From assembly GCA_018263405.1 (NCBI GenBank), contig JAANXG010000038.1:1-33538 (forward strand): a stretch of DNA of 33,538 bases, given 5' to 3'. The stretch is from Gammaproteobacteria bacterium (GTDB lineage: Bacteria; Pseudomonadota; Gammaproteobacteria; Arenicellales; JAANXG01). The stretch's first letter is position 1. Each line of letters begins with the position of its first letter. The translations under genes and the position numbers were made by a program. A model generated the notes under the pieces. The model ran no database searches. It was given only the letters and a program-made list of their open reading frames with translations, and had not been told where the DNA came from. This document shows, one piece after another, positions 15,965 through 25,180 of this stretch.

Positions 15965-17131
15965 ATGAATTTGCGCACGATCCGGTTGATCGCCGCCCTG
16001 TTGTTGGTTGGGTTGCCACTGGTAACGGGGTGGGCAGTGGGCTTCCCCGAGGGGTTTTTCGAGCTTCCGCCCAAAACAGTTTACATTGACCCGCCAAAGT
16101 TCTCGGTACCGTTGTATTCGTTCTTCACGGTACTTCTGTTTGTCGCTCTTTTCTTCTTGTGGGCGCCGCGGGTCTTTGGTTTCAACGGGCAAAGCCGGTC
16201 CGACTTCACTCCGTTTGACTGGACGGCCCCGCCGACTCACGGACATCGTTTTCCTGCCTGGGGTTGGGTTGGGATTGCCTTAATCGCCGCGAGCTGGCCG
16301 GCGGCTTGGACGCGTCCGGACTGGCTCGGCTCCGCCATCGATCATACCTTCTTTCCGCTTTGGCTCGGCTACATCCTAACCGTGGACGCTCTCACCTATC
16401 GCCGCGCCGGCACGAGTCCGATGTCCCGACACACCGTCGAGTGGCTGGCCTGGTTTCCAGCATCGGCTTTGACCTGGTGGTATTTCGAATTACTCAACCG
16501 GTTTATACAGAACTGGGTGTATCTCGGCATCGACCACTTCTCTTCGCTTCGCTACGTGTTGGGATCCACTCTCGCATTCGCTACGGTCATCCCGGCGGTT
16601 CTCACCACAGCGGCACTGCTTGGCACCTTCGATTATTTCCATGACCGTTTCGTTCGGACCGAACCGGGATACGCCGAATCGGTCCCGCGCCGTGGCGTAT
16701 GGTGGGGGTTGGTGGCGGCGGGGTCACTGGGCTTGACGGTAATGCCCTGGTTTCCGATCACGTTATTCGCCTTAATCTGGGTTGCCCCCCTGCTCATCCT
16801 CGCCGGCCTTCTGGAACAGGCGGGGATAAACACCGGAGTAGGCCACCTGCTGCGCGGGGATTGGGGGCCGATCGTTACACTGGCCGTGGCCGCTCTGATA
16901 TGCGGCTTTTTCTGGGAATTGTGGAACATCTACGCGCTACCGAAGTGGACCTACCAAGTACCCTGGGTAGACCGGTTCAAGTTGTTCGAAATGCCGCTCG
17001 CGGGTTACCTCGGCTACCTGCCGTTCGGCCCGGCATGCTGGATGTTCTGGCTGCTGCTGGCACCCCGCGCCGTGCAGGCAACGCCGAGACCTCAAGATAC
17101 AACAGTTTATCGGGGACTTCAAAGACGATAA
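15965..17131 (+). CDS. Polytopic inner-membrane protein of unknown function
   Basis: The ORF track begins at 15824. The ATG at 15965 (MNLRTIRLIAALLLVGLPLV) begins the first hydrophobic span. About 9-10 hydrophobic segments rich in Trp/Phe follow (WWYFELLNRFIQNWVYLG, FFWELWNIYALPKWTY). No family was recognised. The 3' end overlaps the convergent gene by 13 nt. Confidence 0.6.
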   Translation: MNLRTIRLIAALLLVGLPLVTGWAVGFPEGFFELPPKTVYIDPPKFSVPLYSFFTVLLFVALFFLWAPRVFGFNGQSRSDFTPFDWTAPPTHGHRFPAWGWVGIALIAASWPAAWTRPDWLGSAIDHTFFPLWLGYILTVDALTYRRAGTSPMSRHTVEWLAWFPASALTWWYFELLNRFIQNWVYLGIDHFSSLRYVLGSTLAFATVIPAVLTTAALLGTFDYFHDRFVRTEPGYAESVPRRGVWWGLVAAGSLGLTVMPWFPITLFALIWVAPLLILAGLLEQAGINTGVGHLLRGDWGPIVTLAVAALICGFFWELWNIYALPKWTYQVPWVDRFKLFEMPLAGYLGYLPFGPACWMFWLLLAPRAVQATPRPQDTTVYRGLQRR

Positions 17132-17904
17132 AGGCGACCGTATTCGTGCCGCCGCTCTTCGATTCCCGCCAGGCGCAGGCTGTGCCAGGCCATGGCATGA
17201 TTGCTGGCAGTGGCCGGCTTGCCCAGCGTCTTTTCGATATCGTCGATTACCTCGGCTACCCTCAAACTGGTACAGGACACGAAGACACCGTCCACTTGTT
17301 CGTGACGTCCAAGATCAATGGCGGCATCCTGAATAGATCCGGGCGTTATGCGACAGGCCTTTCTGTCGTCTTCTACATTGAACGATCCCATGACAGGCAC
17401 CTTAATGCCGGTGTCTTCGATATAGTCCCGTATGTGGTTATTAATGTCGTCGGTATAGGGCGTCAAAAGAGCGATCGCCTTCATACCGAGCTCACCGAAT
17501 GCCGCACGGGCGGCTGTAATAGGGGTTGTGCATCGACTGTCGGGACGCGCCGCTTTCATCAGATCCATTACCCGCTGTTCCCCGATTTCCATCGTGGCGG
17601 AAGTACAACCGTAGCCGATAACATCCATGCGCATCCCCGGCAGTAACAGGTCGGTGGCGGCGGTAATACGCGCCTCCATGGCCCGCAGGTTTTCCCGGGA
17701 TATGTCGTTGGAGTTGGTAAGCCGGCTTTGATAAACGGCGACACCCGGGAGATTCATAAGAAGCCGGTACTCGTACTCGATAGTCTGATCGCTGGACAGC
17801 ACCACGAGTCCAATGTTGGCGCGGGGACCAATCCCTTCGTCCGCTTCGAAGGAAAGGTGTTTCAAGTTGACTTCGGCGGCTACAGCATCGGCTTGAGTGA
17901 CCAT
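17119..17904 (-). CDS. Asp/Glu/hydantoin-racemase superfamily protein (maleate isomerase / arylmalonate decarboxylase / EutA-like)
   Basis: 261-aa ORF with its ATG 9 nt after a GAGG. It shows the family pattern IGLVVLSSDQTIEYEY, DVIGYGCTSAT, ALLTPYTDD, VFVSCTSLRV and ASNHAMAWHSLRLAG, with paired catalytic-position Cys in GCTS and SCTS. Confidence 0.7.
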   Translation of the reverse strand: MVTQADAVAAEVNLKHLSFEADEGIGPRANIGLVVLSSDQTIEYEYRLLMNLPGVAVYQSRLTNSNDISRENLRAMEARITAATDLLLPGMRMDVIGYGCTSATMEIGEQRVMDLMKAARPDSRCTTPITAARAAFGELGMKAIALLTPYTDDINNHIRDYIEDTGIKVPVMGSFNVEDDRKACRITPGSIQDAAIDLGRHEQVDGVFVSCTSLRVAEVIDDIEKTLGKPATASNHAMAWHSLRLAGIEERRHEYGRLYRL

Positions 17905-17919
17905 GTTCTTGACCTCGAT

Positions 17920-19164
17920 TCAGCGCAGGATCGGCGCCTGCATGGGCAATTCGGCATCTTTCCCATCGATCGCATCGGCCAGCAGCCGCGCCGTCCCGCA
18001 GGCCATCGTCCAGCCCATGTTGCCATGTCCCACATTCAAGTACAGATTGTCATACCGGCTCGAGCCGACGAACGGACGACCATTGGGGGTCATCGGCCGC
18101 AGGCAACTCCAGTATTCCGGACGGCCATAGTCTGCCGCATCGGGCATCAAGGCGGAAAATACTTCGATCATGTGATCGAAGTCGGCAGGTTTATACGATA
18201 CATCGTATCCGGCGATTTCGGCGGTCGAAGTTACCCGCAACCGGTCGCCGAGCCGGCTGAACGCGATCAAACGATCCTCGTCCACGCCTCCGATCGAGGG
18301 CGCGTGGTGGTCCTGCCCCACCGGGAATGTGACCGAATAACCCTTGACCGGATAAATCGGCAGATCGATGCCGATAGGCCGCGTCAGCCGTGGCGCCTCG
18401 ACGCCCGACGCGAGCACATAGATGTCGGCGTCGCGCTCGCCCGATGCCGTGCTCAGACATTTGACCCGGTTATTTTCCACCACCAACCGATCAACCGCGC
18501 AGTCAAACACAAACCGAACCCCCTGCTTCCTGCACGCTTCGGCCAGCTGCAACGAAAACAGTCTGGCATCCCCGCTTTCGTCCGTCGGGCAATACACGGC
18601 ACCGGCGATCTGACCGGTCGACTGAGCAAAAGCCGGTTCCCGTTCTACGACTTCATCCACGGTCAGTACGCGAATCTCGTGGCCCATGTCCTTTATGATT
18701 TCCCTGTGTTTTACCCCCTCCCGCAGAGCGGAATCGCTCCGAAAGACATACAACAGGCCGCCACGCCGCGAGTCGTAATTCAACCTTGCTTGTTCGGTCA
18801 CCTGGTGCAGACGCGACTGCGCGTACCGGCACAACCGGTATGCGTGGGCAGTGTTTTCGGCCGCGCGCCGATTGGTACACTGGCGGAGAAAGCTCAGACC
18901 CCAACACATCATGTGCCAATCCAGCCGGGGCCTCAGGCGATACGCCTGATCGGCGGTAAACAAGGACTTGAGCAGTATGCCGGGCACCTTCGGTGATGCC
19001 CAGGGCATGGCGTGCCCGGTTGCTATCAAGCCCGCGTTGGCATAGCTTGTCTCTGCGGCTGCCTCGGGCTGGCGGTCCAAAACAGTGACCGTGTGACCCG
19101 ACTGCGAGAGTTCCCAGGCCGCGGTCACCCCCGCCAGGCCCGCGCCGATCACGAGTGCGTCCAT
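17920..19164 (-). CDS. FAD-dependent oxidoreductase, D-amino-acid dehydrogenase (DadA)-like
   Basis: 414-aa ORF with an N-terminal dinucleotide fold (MDALVIGAGLAGVTAAWELSQSGHTVTVLDR) followed by ETSYANAGLI, as in DadA/DAO-family enzymes. Its stop lies 15 nt upstream of the next gene start on the same strand. Confidence 0.8.
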   Translation of the reverse strand: MDALVIGAGLAGVTAAWELSQSGHTVTVLDRQPEAAAETSYANAGLIATGHAMPWASPKVPGILLKSLFTADQAYRLRPRLDWHMMCWGLSFLRQCTNRRAAENTAHAYRLCRYAQSRLHQVTEQARLNYDSRRGGLLYVFRSDSALREGVKHREIIKDMGHEIRVLTVDEVVEREPAFAQSTGQIAGAVYCPTDESGDARLFSLQLAEACRKQGVRFVFDCAVDRLVVENNRVKCLSTASGERDADIYVLASGVEAPRLTRPIGIDLPIYPVKGYSVTFPVGQDHHAPSIGGVDEDRLIAFSRLGDRLRVTSTAEIAGYDVSYKPADFDHMIEVFSALMPDAADYGRPEYWSCLRPMTPNGRPFVGSSRYDNLYLNVGHGNMGWTMACGTARLLADAIDGKDAELPMQAPILR

Positions 19165-19354
19165 GGGTTAAACAGCAGTCCCTCGATACGTCTCACAATA
19201 TTGCGGGTTTGCCGGGTCACGGACTCCCCCGTCCGCGGCAACCTGCCCGGCGGGGTAGACTAACCCGGCATGGATCACTGCCTGGCTCATGCGCCGACCC
19301 GTTTTAATGCGTTTCACGTTCATCTTGAGTCCCAGTTTTGGTTCATTTTCGAGA

Positions 19355-20194
19355 ATGACGAGTACGTCGCGTAGAATAGTGGCGGACTATACCTTGCCCC
19401 GCGGTAGTGGAACAAAGTTGAACAACGAGCTCGAAAGATTTGCACTCAATGGCAAGACCGTATTGATTACCGGTGCCTCGAGCGGCCTGGGCAGTCATTT
19501 CGCGCGAACCGTGGCAGCCGCCGGCGCCCGGACGGTACTCGCGGCGCGGCGCTTGGAGCGTCTCCAACAACTGCAAGAGGAAATCCGCTCGACGGGCGGA
19601 ACGGCATGTGTGCTGCCACTGGACGTTACGGACGCAGCCGGCGTGGAATCGGCCTATGACAGCGCCGAGGTACAATCCGGCGGTGTGGATATTCTGATCA
19701 ACAATTCCGGCGTAGCACTAGTCGCACCGGCCGTCGACATCAGCGAAAACGACTGGGACCGGCTGATCGATACCAACCTAAAGGGGGCGTGGTTAATGTC
19801 CCGGGGTTTCGCACGGCGCGCCATCGCCCGGCGGACGGGGGGTTCGATTATCAATATCACTTCGATTCTGGGCCGTCGGGTGGCCAAAGGCGTGGCCCCC
19901 TACTGTGCTTCCAAGGCGGCGCTGGAACACCTGACCCGGTCCCTGGCCCTGGAATGGTCACCCCACGGCATTCGCGTCAACTCCATCGCCCCGGGCTACT
20001 TCGACACCGAAATGAATCGGGATTTTCTGCAAAGCGGTCCCGGACAAGCTATGCTGAAACGTATCCCGCAACGCCGGGCCGGCTCCTTGGCAGAACTCGA
20101 CGGTGCACTGCTACTGCTGGCAAGCGATGCTTCCAGCTACATGAGCGGCAGCACCCTAGTGGTGGATGGCGGTCATCTTTGCTCCACGTTGTAA
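19355..20194 (+). CDS. Short-chain dehydrogenase/reductase (SDR)
   Basis: The ORF track begins at 19289. The ATG at 19355 is the last in-frame ATG upstream of the Rossmann motif, so the start remains uncertain. Motifs present are KTVLITGASSGLG (TGxxxGxG), NNSG, and catalytic S...YCASK (YxxxK). The stop lies 3 nt before the next ATG. Confidence 0.8.
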   Translation: MTSTSRRIVADYTLPRGSGTKLNNELERFALNGKTVLITGASSGLGSHFARTVAAAGARTVLAARRLERLQQLQEEIRSTGGTACVLPLDVTDAAGVESAYDSAEVQSGGVDILINNSGVALVAPAVDISENDWDRLIDTNLKGAWLMSRGFARRAIARRTGGSIINITSILGRRVAKGVAPYCASKAALEHLTRSLALEWSPHGIRVNSIAPGYFDTEMNRDFLQSGPGQAMLKRIPQRRAGSLAELDGALLLLASDASSYMSGSTLVVDGGHLCSTL

Positions 20195-20197
20195 GCC

Positions 20198-21397
20198 ATG
20201 GACTTTCAGCTCGATCCATTCGTCGAAGACCTGCGCACCCAGATCCATGCGTTTGTCGACAACCGCGTTATCCCGCTTGAACAGAATCCGGACGCCCTGG
20301 ATGAAGGTGGCAACATCGCCGAATCCCGGCTCAACGACTTGCGGGACAAGGCCAAGTCCGAAGGGTTGTGGTGCCTGCAGCTGCCCGAGCGCCTGGGTGG
20401 CCGGGGTTTGGGCAAAGCCGCCTTGGCGATCTGCTACGAGGAAATGAACCGTTCCATCTTCGGTCCGGTCGTGTTCAACAGCGCGGCGCCGGACGACGGC
20501 AATATGATGCTGCTGGAGAAAGCGGCCACCGAGGCCCAACAGGAGCGTTGGCTAAAACCAATTGCCGAAGGAATGGTTCGCTCGGCATTCGTCATGACCG
20601 AACCCCATCCCGGGTCCGGCTCTGACCCCGCCGGGATGATGCGCACAACGGCGTCCCGGGATAACGATCACTGGATCGTCCACGGGCATAAATGGTTCAT
20701 TACCGGCGCCGGCATCGCCCGGCATTTCATTCTGGTGGCACGGACCTCGAATGACCGGCGCAAAGGGCTAACCGCGTTTTTGTTCCACCGCGACGACCCG
20801 GGCTGGGAAATCGTACGCCGAATTCCGATCATGGGACCGGAAGAGCACGGCGGCCACTGCGAACTCGAATTCAACGGCCTGCGTATCCCCGACAGCAACC
20901 GTTTGATGGAAATCGGTGACGGTTTAAAAGTGACCCAGATCCGGCTCGGTTCGGCGCGCCTTACCCATTGTATGCGCTGGCTGGGTCTGGCACGCCGCTG
21001 CCTGGAAATTGCCGGCGAATATGTCGGCGAGCGCGAGGCATTCGGCTCGACGTTGGCGGAACACGAAGGCGTGCAATGGATGCTCGGCGAAGCGGCGATG
21101 GCGGTGCAGACCGGTCGCTTGCTGACGCTGCACGCTGCCTGGAAACTGGATCAGGGTAACTTCGCACGCAAGGAAATCTCCATGGCCAAAGTGGCCGTGG
21201 CCGATGCGCTGCAGAGGGCGGTAGATACCGCTATCCAACTCTGCGGCGCCAAAGGCTATTCCAAGGACACAGTGCTGGAGTGGATCTACCGCTACGCCCG
21301 ACAAGCAAGACTCGTGGACGGTGCCTCGGAAGTTCACAAAATGGTGCTGTCCAAGAATCTCATTAACGACCCAAATAGTTTTTGGTCATGGGATTAG
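20198..21397 (+). CDS. Acyl-CoA dehydrogenase family protein (ACAD10/11- and LvaC-like subtype suspected)
   Basis: 399-aa ORF with the ACAD fold pattern (FVMTEPHPGSGSDPAGM, HWIVHGHKWFITGAG, EREAFGSTLAEHEGVQWMLGEAAM). The C-terminal motif reads ARLVDGASEVHKMV, so Asp occupies the place where most ACADs have the Glu of the Y/I-E-G-T/S motif. Confidence 0.85.
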   Translation: MDFQLDPFVEDLRTQIHAFVDNRVIPLEQNPDALDEGGNIAESRLNDLRDKAKSEGLWCLQLPERLGGRGLGKAALAICYEEMNRSIFGPVVFNSAAPDDGNMMLLEKAATEAQQERWLKPIAEGMVRSAFVMTEPHPGSGSDPAGMMRTTASRDNDHWIVHGHKWFITGAGIARHFILVARTSNDRRKGLTAFLFHRDDPGWEIVRRIPIMGPEEHGGHCELEFNGLRIPDSNRLMEIGDGLKVTQIRLGSARLTHCMRWLGLARRCLEIAGEYVGEREAFGSTLAEHEGVQWMLGEAAMAVQTGRLLTLHAAWKLDQGNFARKEISMAKVAVADALQRAVDTAIQLCGAKGYSKDTVLEWIYRYARQARLVDGASEVHKMVLSKNLINDPNSFWSWD

Positions 21398-22413
21398 AAC
21401 TCGACGGACTGACTGATTTCATCAAGCAAGGAACCGAATCCAAGCGGATTTCGTTGACGTACAACCGGATAGACGGCGGCGCCATCCAGCAAAACTACGC
21501 TCTGGATATAGAGATCCATGACGGCCCGTGGCGCGGGTTTCGCGAGTGGGTACTGCGCACCGATTCACCTTCCGGCCTACAGATGAGCCATTCGCGCGAG
21601 AAAGAATTCCTATTATTGACCGCGGCTTTTGAAGCGGGCCTTACCGTTCCGAAGCCTTTGTGGCTATGCACCGATTCAACCGCCATCGGCCGGCCCTTCT
21701 ACGTTATGGCAAAGGTACCGGGAACGGCCGACGGCCGTCGCCTGGTTCAAACCAATTGGACAAAAGCGCAACGACGCGCGATCGTGGAGGTACTCGGCGG
21801 AGAACTGGCGCGCTTGCATGCCATCGACCCCGAGAACGCCGGGTTGTCCTTTCTTCAATCACGCCGGGCGTCGTCATCCATCGAACGTATCGATCGATAC
21901 CGTACCTATCTGGACGAGCTATCCGACCCGCAACCGGTTCTGGAATGGGGACTGCGCTGGCTGGAGCTGAACGCTCCCTCCCGCGAGGAAACAGCCCTGT
22001 GCCATGGCGATTTCAGAACCGGCAACATTATGATCGCCGGCGACCGAGTGAGCGGTATTCTCGACTGGGAATTCGCCGGCTACAGTAACCCGGTCGAGGA
22101 TCTCGGCTGGTACTGTGCGCGGTGTTGGCGCTTCGGCGCGGATGGTTTCACAGCCGGCGGCATCGGCGAAAAAGAGGACTTTGTGCGTGCTTATGAGCAG
22201 GCCTCCGGCCGGCGCGTCGACCGCGATGAACTTGTCTACTGGCAGATCATGGCCGAAGCCCGCTGGGCCGTGATCGCTCTGCAACAGACCGACCGACACT
22301 TATCCGGGCGGGAATCGTCGCTGGAACTCGCGCTCACCGGCTACCTGGTCCCGGAAATGGAGCTGAACCTGATCCACAGCATCGAACGATCCATCCATGC
22401 ATCGGCCGATTAA
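21388..22413 (+). CDS. APH-type phosphotransferase / kinase family protein
   Basis: The ORF track starts at TTG 21382. The ATG at 21388 overlaps the ACAD stop by 10 nt. The catalytic loop is HGDFRTGNIMI (HxDxxxxN) and the metal-binding motif is ILDWEFAGY. Length is about 341 aa. Confidence 0.8.
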   Translation: MGLELDGLTDFIKQGTESKRISLTYNRIDGGAIQQNYALDIEIHDGPWRGFREWVLRTDSPSGLQMSHSREKEFLLLTAAFEAGLTVPKPLWLCTDSTAIGRPFYVMAKVPGTADGRRLVQTNWTKAQRRAIVEVLGGELARLHAIDPENAGLSFLQSRRASSSIERIDRYRTYLDELSDPQPVLEWGLRWLELNAPSREETALCHGDFRTGNIMIAGDRVSGILDWEFAGYSNPVEDLGWYCARCWRFGADGFTAGGIGEKEDFVRAYEQASGRRVDRDELVYWQIMAEARWAVIALQQTDRHLSGRESSLELALTGYLVPEMELNLIHSIERSIHASAD

Positions 22414-22542
22414 CCCGCTCCTGGTGACCGCGCGAGGCTCTTGAATCCGTTCTCCGTGAATCCGCTGCGGATCAACCGAATTAACTACCGTGTCCCCGGA
22501 ACTTGGAAGCGAGTGCCGCGCCGGGTTATGCAGGGATACGTT

Positions 22543-23793
22543 TCATGCTGTCGGGCCGACGCTGTCGAGAAAATACCGGAACAACACGGGTTCCTGCCGC
22601 TTGAGACGGGCGCGCAAGGCCATGGCTCGCTCTTGCCCGGCCTTCGTGTTCTCGTTGCCACGTTCCACTTGGGTGCGGACATGGTCGCGCTGTATCCGGT
22701 CCACGGTCCGGTAACTCGCGGGACACACCATCCCACTGCCGGCGGGCTTGGGCAATATCCGGGTCAACCCGGGTTTGTTCAACAACAGCCACGCCGGGAA
22801 TGACTGGGTCGGCAGCTCCGGATCCAGTTCCAGGAAACTTACCCACTGCCGGCCCAGTTCCTGGTCGCCGCTGGTTTCGAGCGCATCGCTTTGCTCGGGA
22901 AATCGCCAGCACAGCTCGAACCAGCTTTGCAGCGCCGCAGCCCGCTGGTGCAGGTGATCGCAGGCCTGAGCATGGCGGCGCAACAACACGGAGTCGGCCC
23001 GCCAATCGGCTTCGCGCTCTACCGCCCGGCGGACCGTGCCCCAGTCCATCGCGCGGTTGGCCGTATAACTCAGGTGCAGATCGGGATGCGATGCCCGGTA
23101 GGATCGCCCGTGTAGGGCGGCGGACAAACGCCGCCACAACGGGATTAGTAGGTTGCGGCTGTTTTTACCCAGCAGGCTTTCAGCCAACGGCGTCAGCCAT
23201 TGCTGCAGGTTCCGCAGCTCGTCGGCGACATCGTCCACCGGCGTGTCCAGGACTTCTACCGCTTTCACCAGACGCTCCAATTCCCCCAAACGGGCATGGT
23301 CCGGAGCGGTGTCGTAAAGCCGTTCCAGACCATGGCGAGCCTCAACCGGGTTCCGCTCCGCCAGCGCCAGGACGATGGCATTGGCTAGGTTGGTGGCCGG
23401 TGCGTCCGTGAACAGGTCCATCTGCGGCTGGTCTCGCGGCTTACGATAGCGCCGGAGAAAACAGCGCTCGAAGGCCTCGTTCGCGCTGAATCTCAGCGGC
23501 GCCGACGCCGCTTGCACGGCGGTCGGCGGATCAACATCTGACCAGGTCGTATAGGCGATGGATTCCGCCTGCCAGCCGCGGCGCTGCAAGTAGTCTTCCG
23601 CTTCCAGCAGTTGTTGCCGAATACGTTCGGGGTCGCCGAACAATGCCCGATCGAGAAAATCCAGCTCGCCATTACGCCAGGCCTCGTAATCGGCGAAAGC
23701 CAGGCATCCCTCCCGCAGCAGGAGCTCCAAGGGCAGGTACTCGCCTCGTTCCAGCAGGAGTTGGTCGACGTAGTAGTGGATGTGTTCGGTCAT
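22543..23793 (-). CDS. Hypothetical cytoplasmic protein (416 aa), no recognised family
   Basis: A long ORF with balanced Leu/Glu/Arg/Asp-rich helical composition (MTEHIHYYVDQLLLERGEYLPLELLLREG...). The overlapping ORFs 22526..23137 (same strand, different frame) and 22800..23411 (antisense) are Arg/Pro/Gly-rich shadows. No TM segment or signal peptide. Confidence 0.55.
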   Translation of the reverse strand: MTEHIHYYVDQLLLERGEYLPLELLLREGCLAFADYEAWRNGELDFLDRALFGDPERIRQQLLEAEDYLQRRGWQAESIAYTTWSDVDPPTAVQAASAPLRFSANEAFERCFLRRYRKPRDQPQMDLFTDAPATNLANAIVLALAERNPVEARHGLERLYDTAPDHARLGELERLVKAVEVLDTPVDDVADELRNLQQWLTPLAESLLGKNSRNLLIPLWRRLSAALHGRSYRASHPDLHLSYTANRAMDWGTVRRAVEREADWRADSVLLRRHAQACDHLHQRAAALQSWFELCWRFPEQSDALETSGDQELGRQWVSFLELDPELPTQSFPAWLLLNKPGLTRILPKPAGSGMVCPASYRTVDRIQRDHVRTQVERGNENTKAGQERAMALRARLKRQEPVLFRYFLDSVGPTA

Positions 23794-23840
23794 GGGGTCA
23801 ATGCCCCGGCAGTACGAATAGAAGTATGGCCCCCATCTCC

Positions 23841-24110
23841 CTAGTGTACCCCGTCACTGATATTGCAACATTCAGAGCGTGCCGGAGCCGCCAGTGGAAG
23901 GCGCGATCCGCAGTGAATGGCCCAGTCCTTTACCAGGAGTGCAACGCCCCAATGGTGGCTCAGGCGCGCTCCCTTCGGGCGGCCCGGAAAGCGATCATCC
24001 GCGGCGTTATGTCTGTTGAGAAGGGCGCACCATTCCCGGCGAGACAGGCCTTGCGGCTCACCGCTTTCCGGGCCGCTGAACGTTACAATATCAGTGACGG
24101 GGTGCACTAG
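23841..24110. mobile_element. 270-bp non-autonomous MITE-like element with ~31-bp terminal inverted repeats and a CTAG target-site duplication
   Basis: The left end is ctag|tgtaccccgtcactgatattgcaacattcag (23841..23875). The right end is ctgaacgttacaatatcagtgacggggtgca|ctag (24076..24110). The arms match at 28 of 31 positions and both ends carry CTAG. There is no internal transposase-size ORF; the two ORF-track entries ending in NISDGVH are the mirrored TIRs. Confidence 0.7.
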
Positions 24111-24180
24111 CTTGAAATACGCTCGAACACAACACGCCGGCCAGGTTAACAGCGTTATTGAAGGTCGAATTTTGGATGCG
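24108..24180 (+). repeat. Direct repeat, left copy, bracketing the AT-rich insert
   Basis: tagcttgaaatacgctcgaacacaacacgccggccaggttaacagcgttattgaaggtcgaattttggatgcg is repeated at 25710..25781 with about 4 mismatches and 1 indel. The last 36 nt are identical. Confidence 0.85.
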
Positions 24181-24583
24181 TAGCGGGCGACGAATTATTC
24201 CGGGCACCCCGCCCTCCACTCCTACGGGACCGGCCTTTGGCCGTTTAAATACGTTCCCGCCGCATTTGTTCAGCGGCTCCAGGATGACATGGGTCGTGCC
24301 GTTGCGATACGGTGTTTCCCCCGGAAGGGCCTTTTCACTACAAGACATAGGGTTTATCCTCTCTCTCTTATCCGTGATAACAACTTTTATCGGTATCACC
24401 CTGGTATCGGTATCACCTCCGACACCTTTGTCTCTGCCAATATCGAGCGGGGACCGGGAACGATTGAGTCTTTAAGCGATCTGACCGTACTACAAACGCT
24501 GATTGCTTTGGCACTGCTTGGAGTTTTCACGTTAATGCCGACAATCTACAGACAAATCAAAACTCGTAAAAAGGAAAATCAAC

Positions 24584-25175
24584 ATGTCATTCAAAGGCAA
24601 AACAGCAATCATTACCGGTTCAACAAGCGGAATTGGTTTAGGCATCGCGCAAGGTTTTGCAACACAAGGAATTAATATCGTCATGAACGGATTTGGTGAT
24701 GAAGGCGAAATTGAAAAGGAACGCGCCGCACTGGAGGAAACGGGTGTCCGGACTGTTTATAACGGCGCAGACATGACCAAGCCGCATGAAATTACGGCAA
24801 TGATTGAAGATACGGTGAAAGAATTCGGTTCTGTTGATATGGTACTCAATAATGCAGGCATACAATTATGTCGCGCCGGTTGAAGAGTTCCCGCCGGAAA
24901 AATGGGACGCCATTGTTGCGATTAACATGTCATCAAGCTTTCATACGGTACGCGCTGCTATCCCCCATATGAAGAAACAAGGCTGGGGGCGTATTATAAA
25001 TATCGCCTCGGCGCACGGCCTTGTCGCTTCGCCTTTCAAGAGTGCCTATGTGACAGCCAAGCACGGCATTTTGGGCTTTGTCAAAACCATTGCCCTGGAA
25101 GTGGCACAGGACAACATCACCGTCAACGCGATTTGCCCCGGTTATGTGCTCACGCCTTTAGTGGAAAAACAGATA
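24584..25175 (+). pseudogene. bdhA: 3-hydroxybutyrate dehydrogenase remnant: +1 frameshift near 24866 and loss of about 60-70 C-terminal codons
   Basis: Frame A reads MSFKGKTAIITGSTSGIGLGIAQGF...VDMVLNNAGIQ and then stops at 24883. Frame B continues with YVAPVEEFPPEKWDAIVAINMSSSFHTVRAAIPHMKKQGWGRIINIASAHGLVASPFKSAYVTAKHGILGF...NAICPGYVLTPLVEKQI. Joined, the two frames give a near-canonical BdhA. One extra nucleotide in caa-t-tat (about 24866) breaks the frame, and the sequence ends abruptly after VEKQI. An RBS (aaggaaa) is retained 7 nt before the ATG. Confidence 0.8.
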
Positions 25176-25180
25176 GTCGC

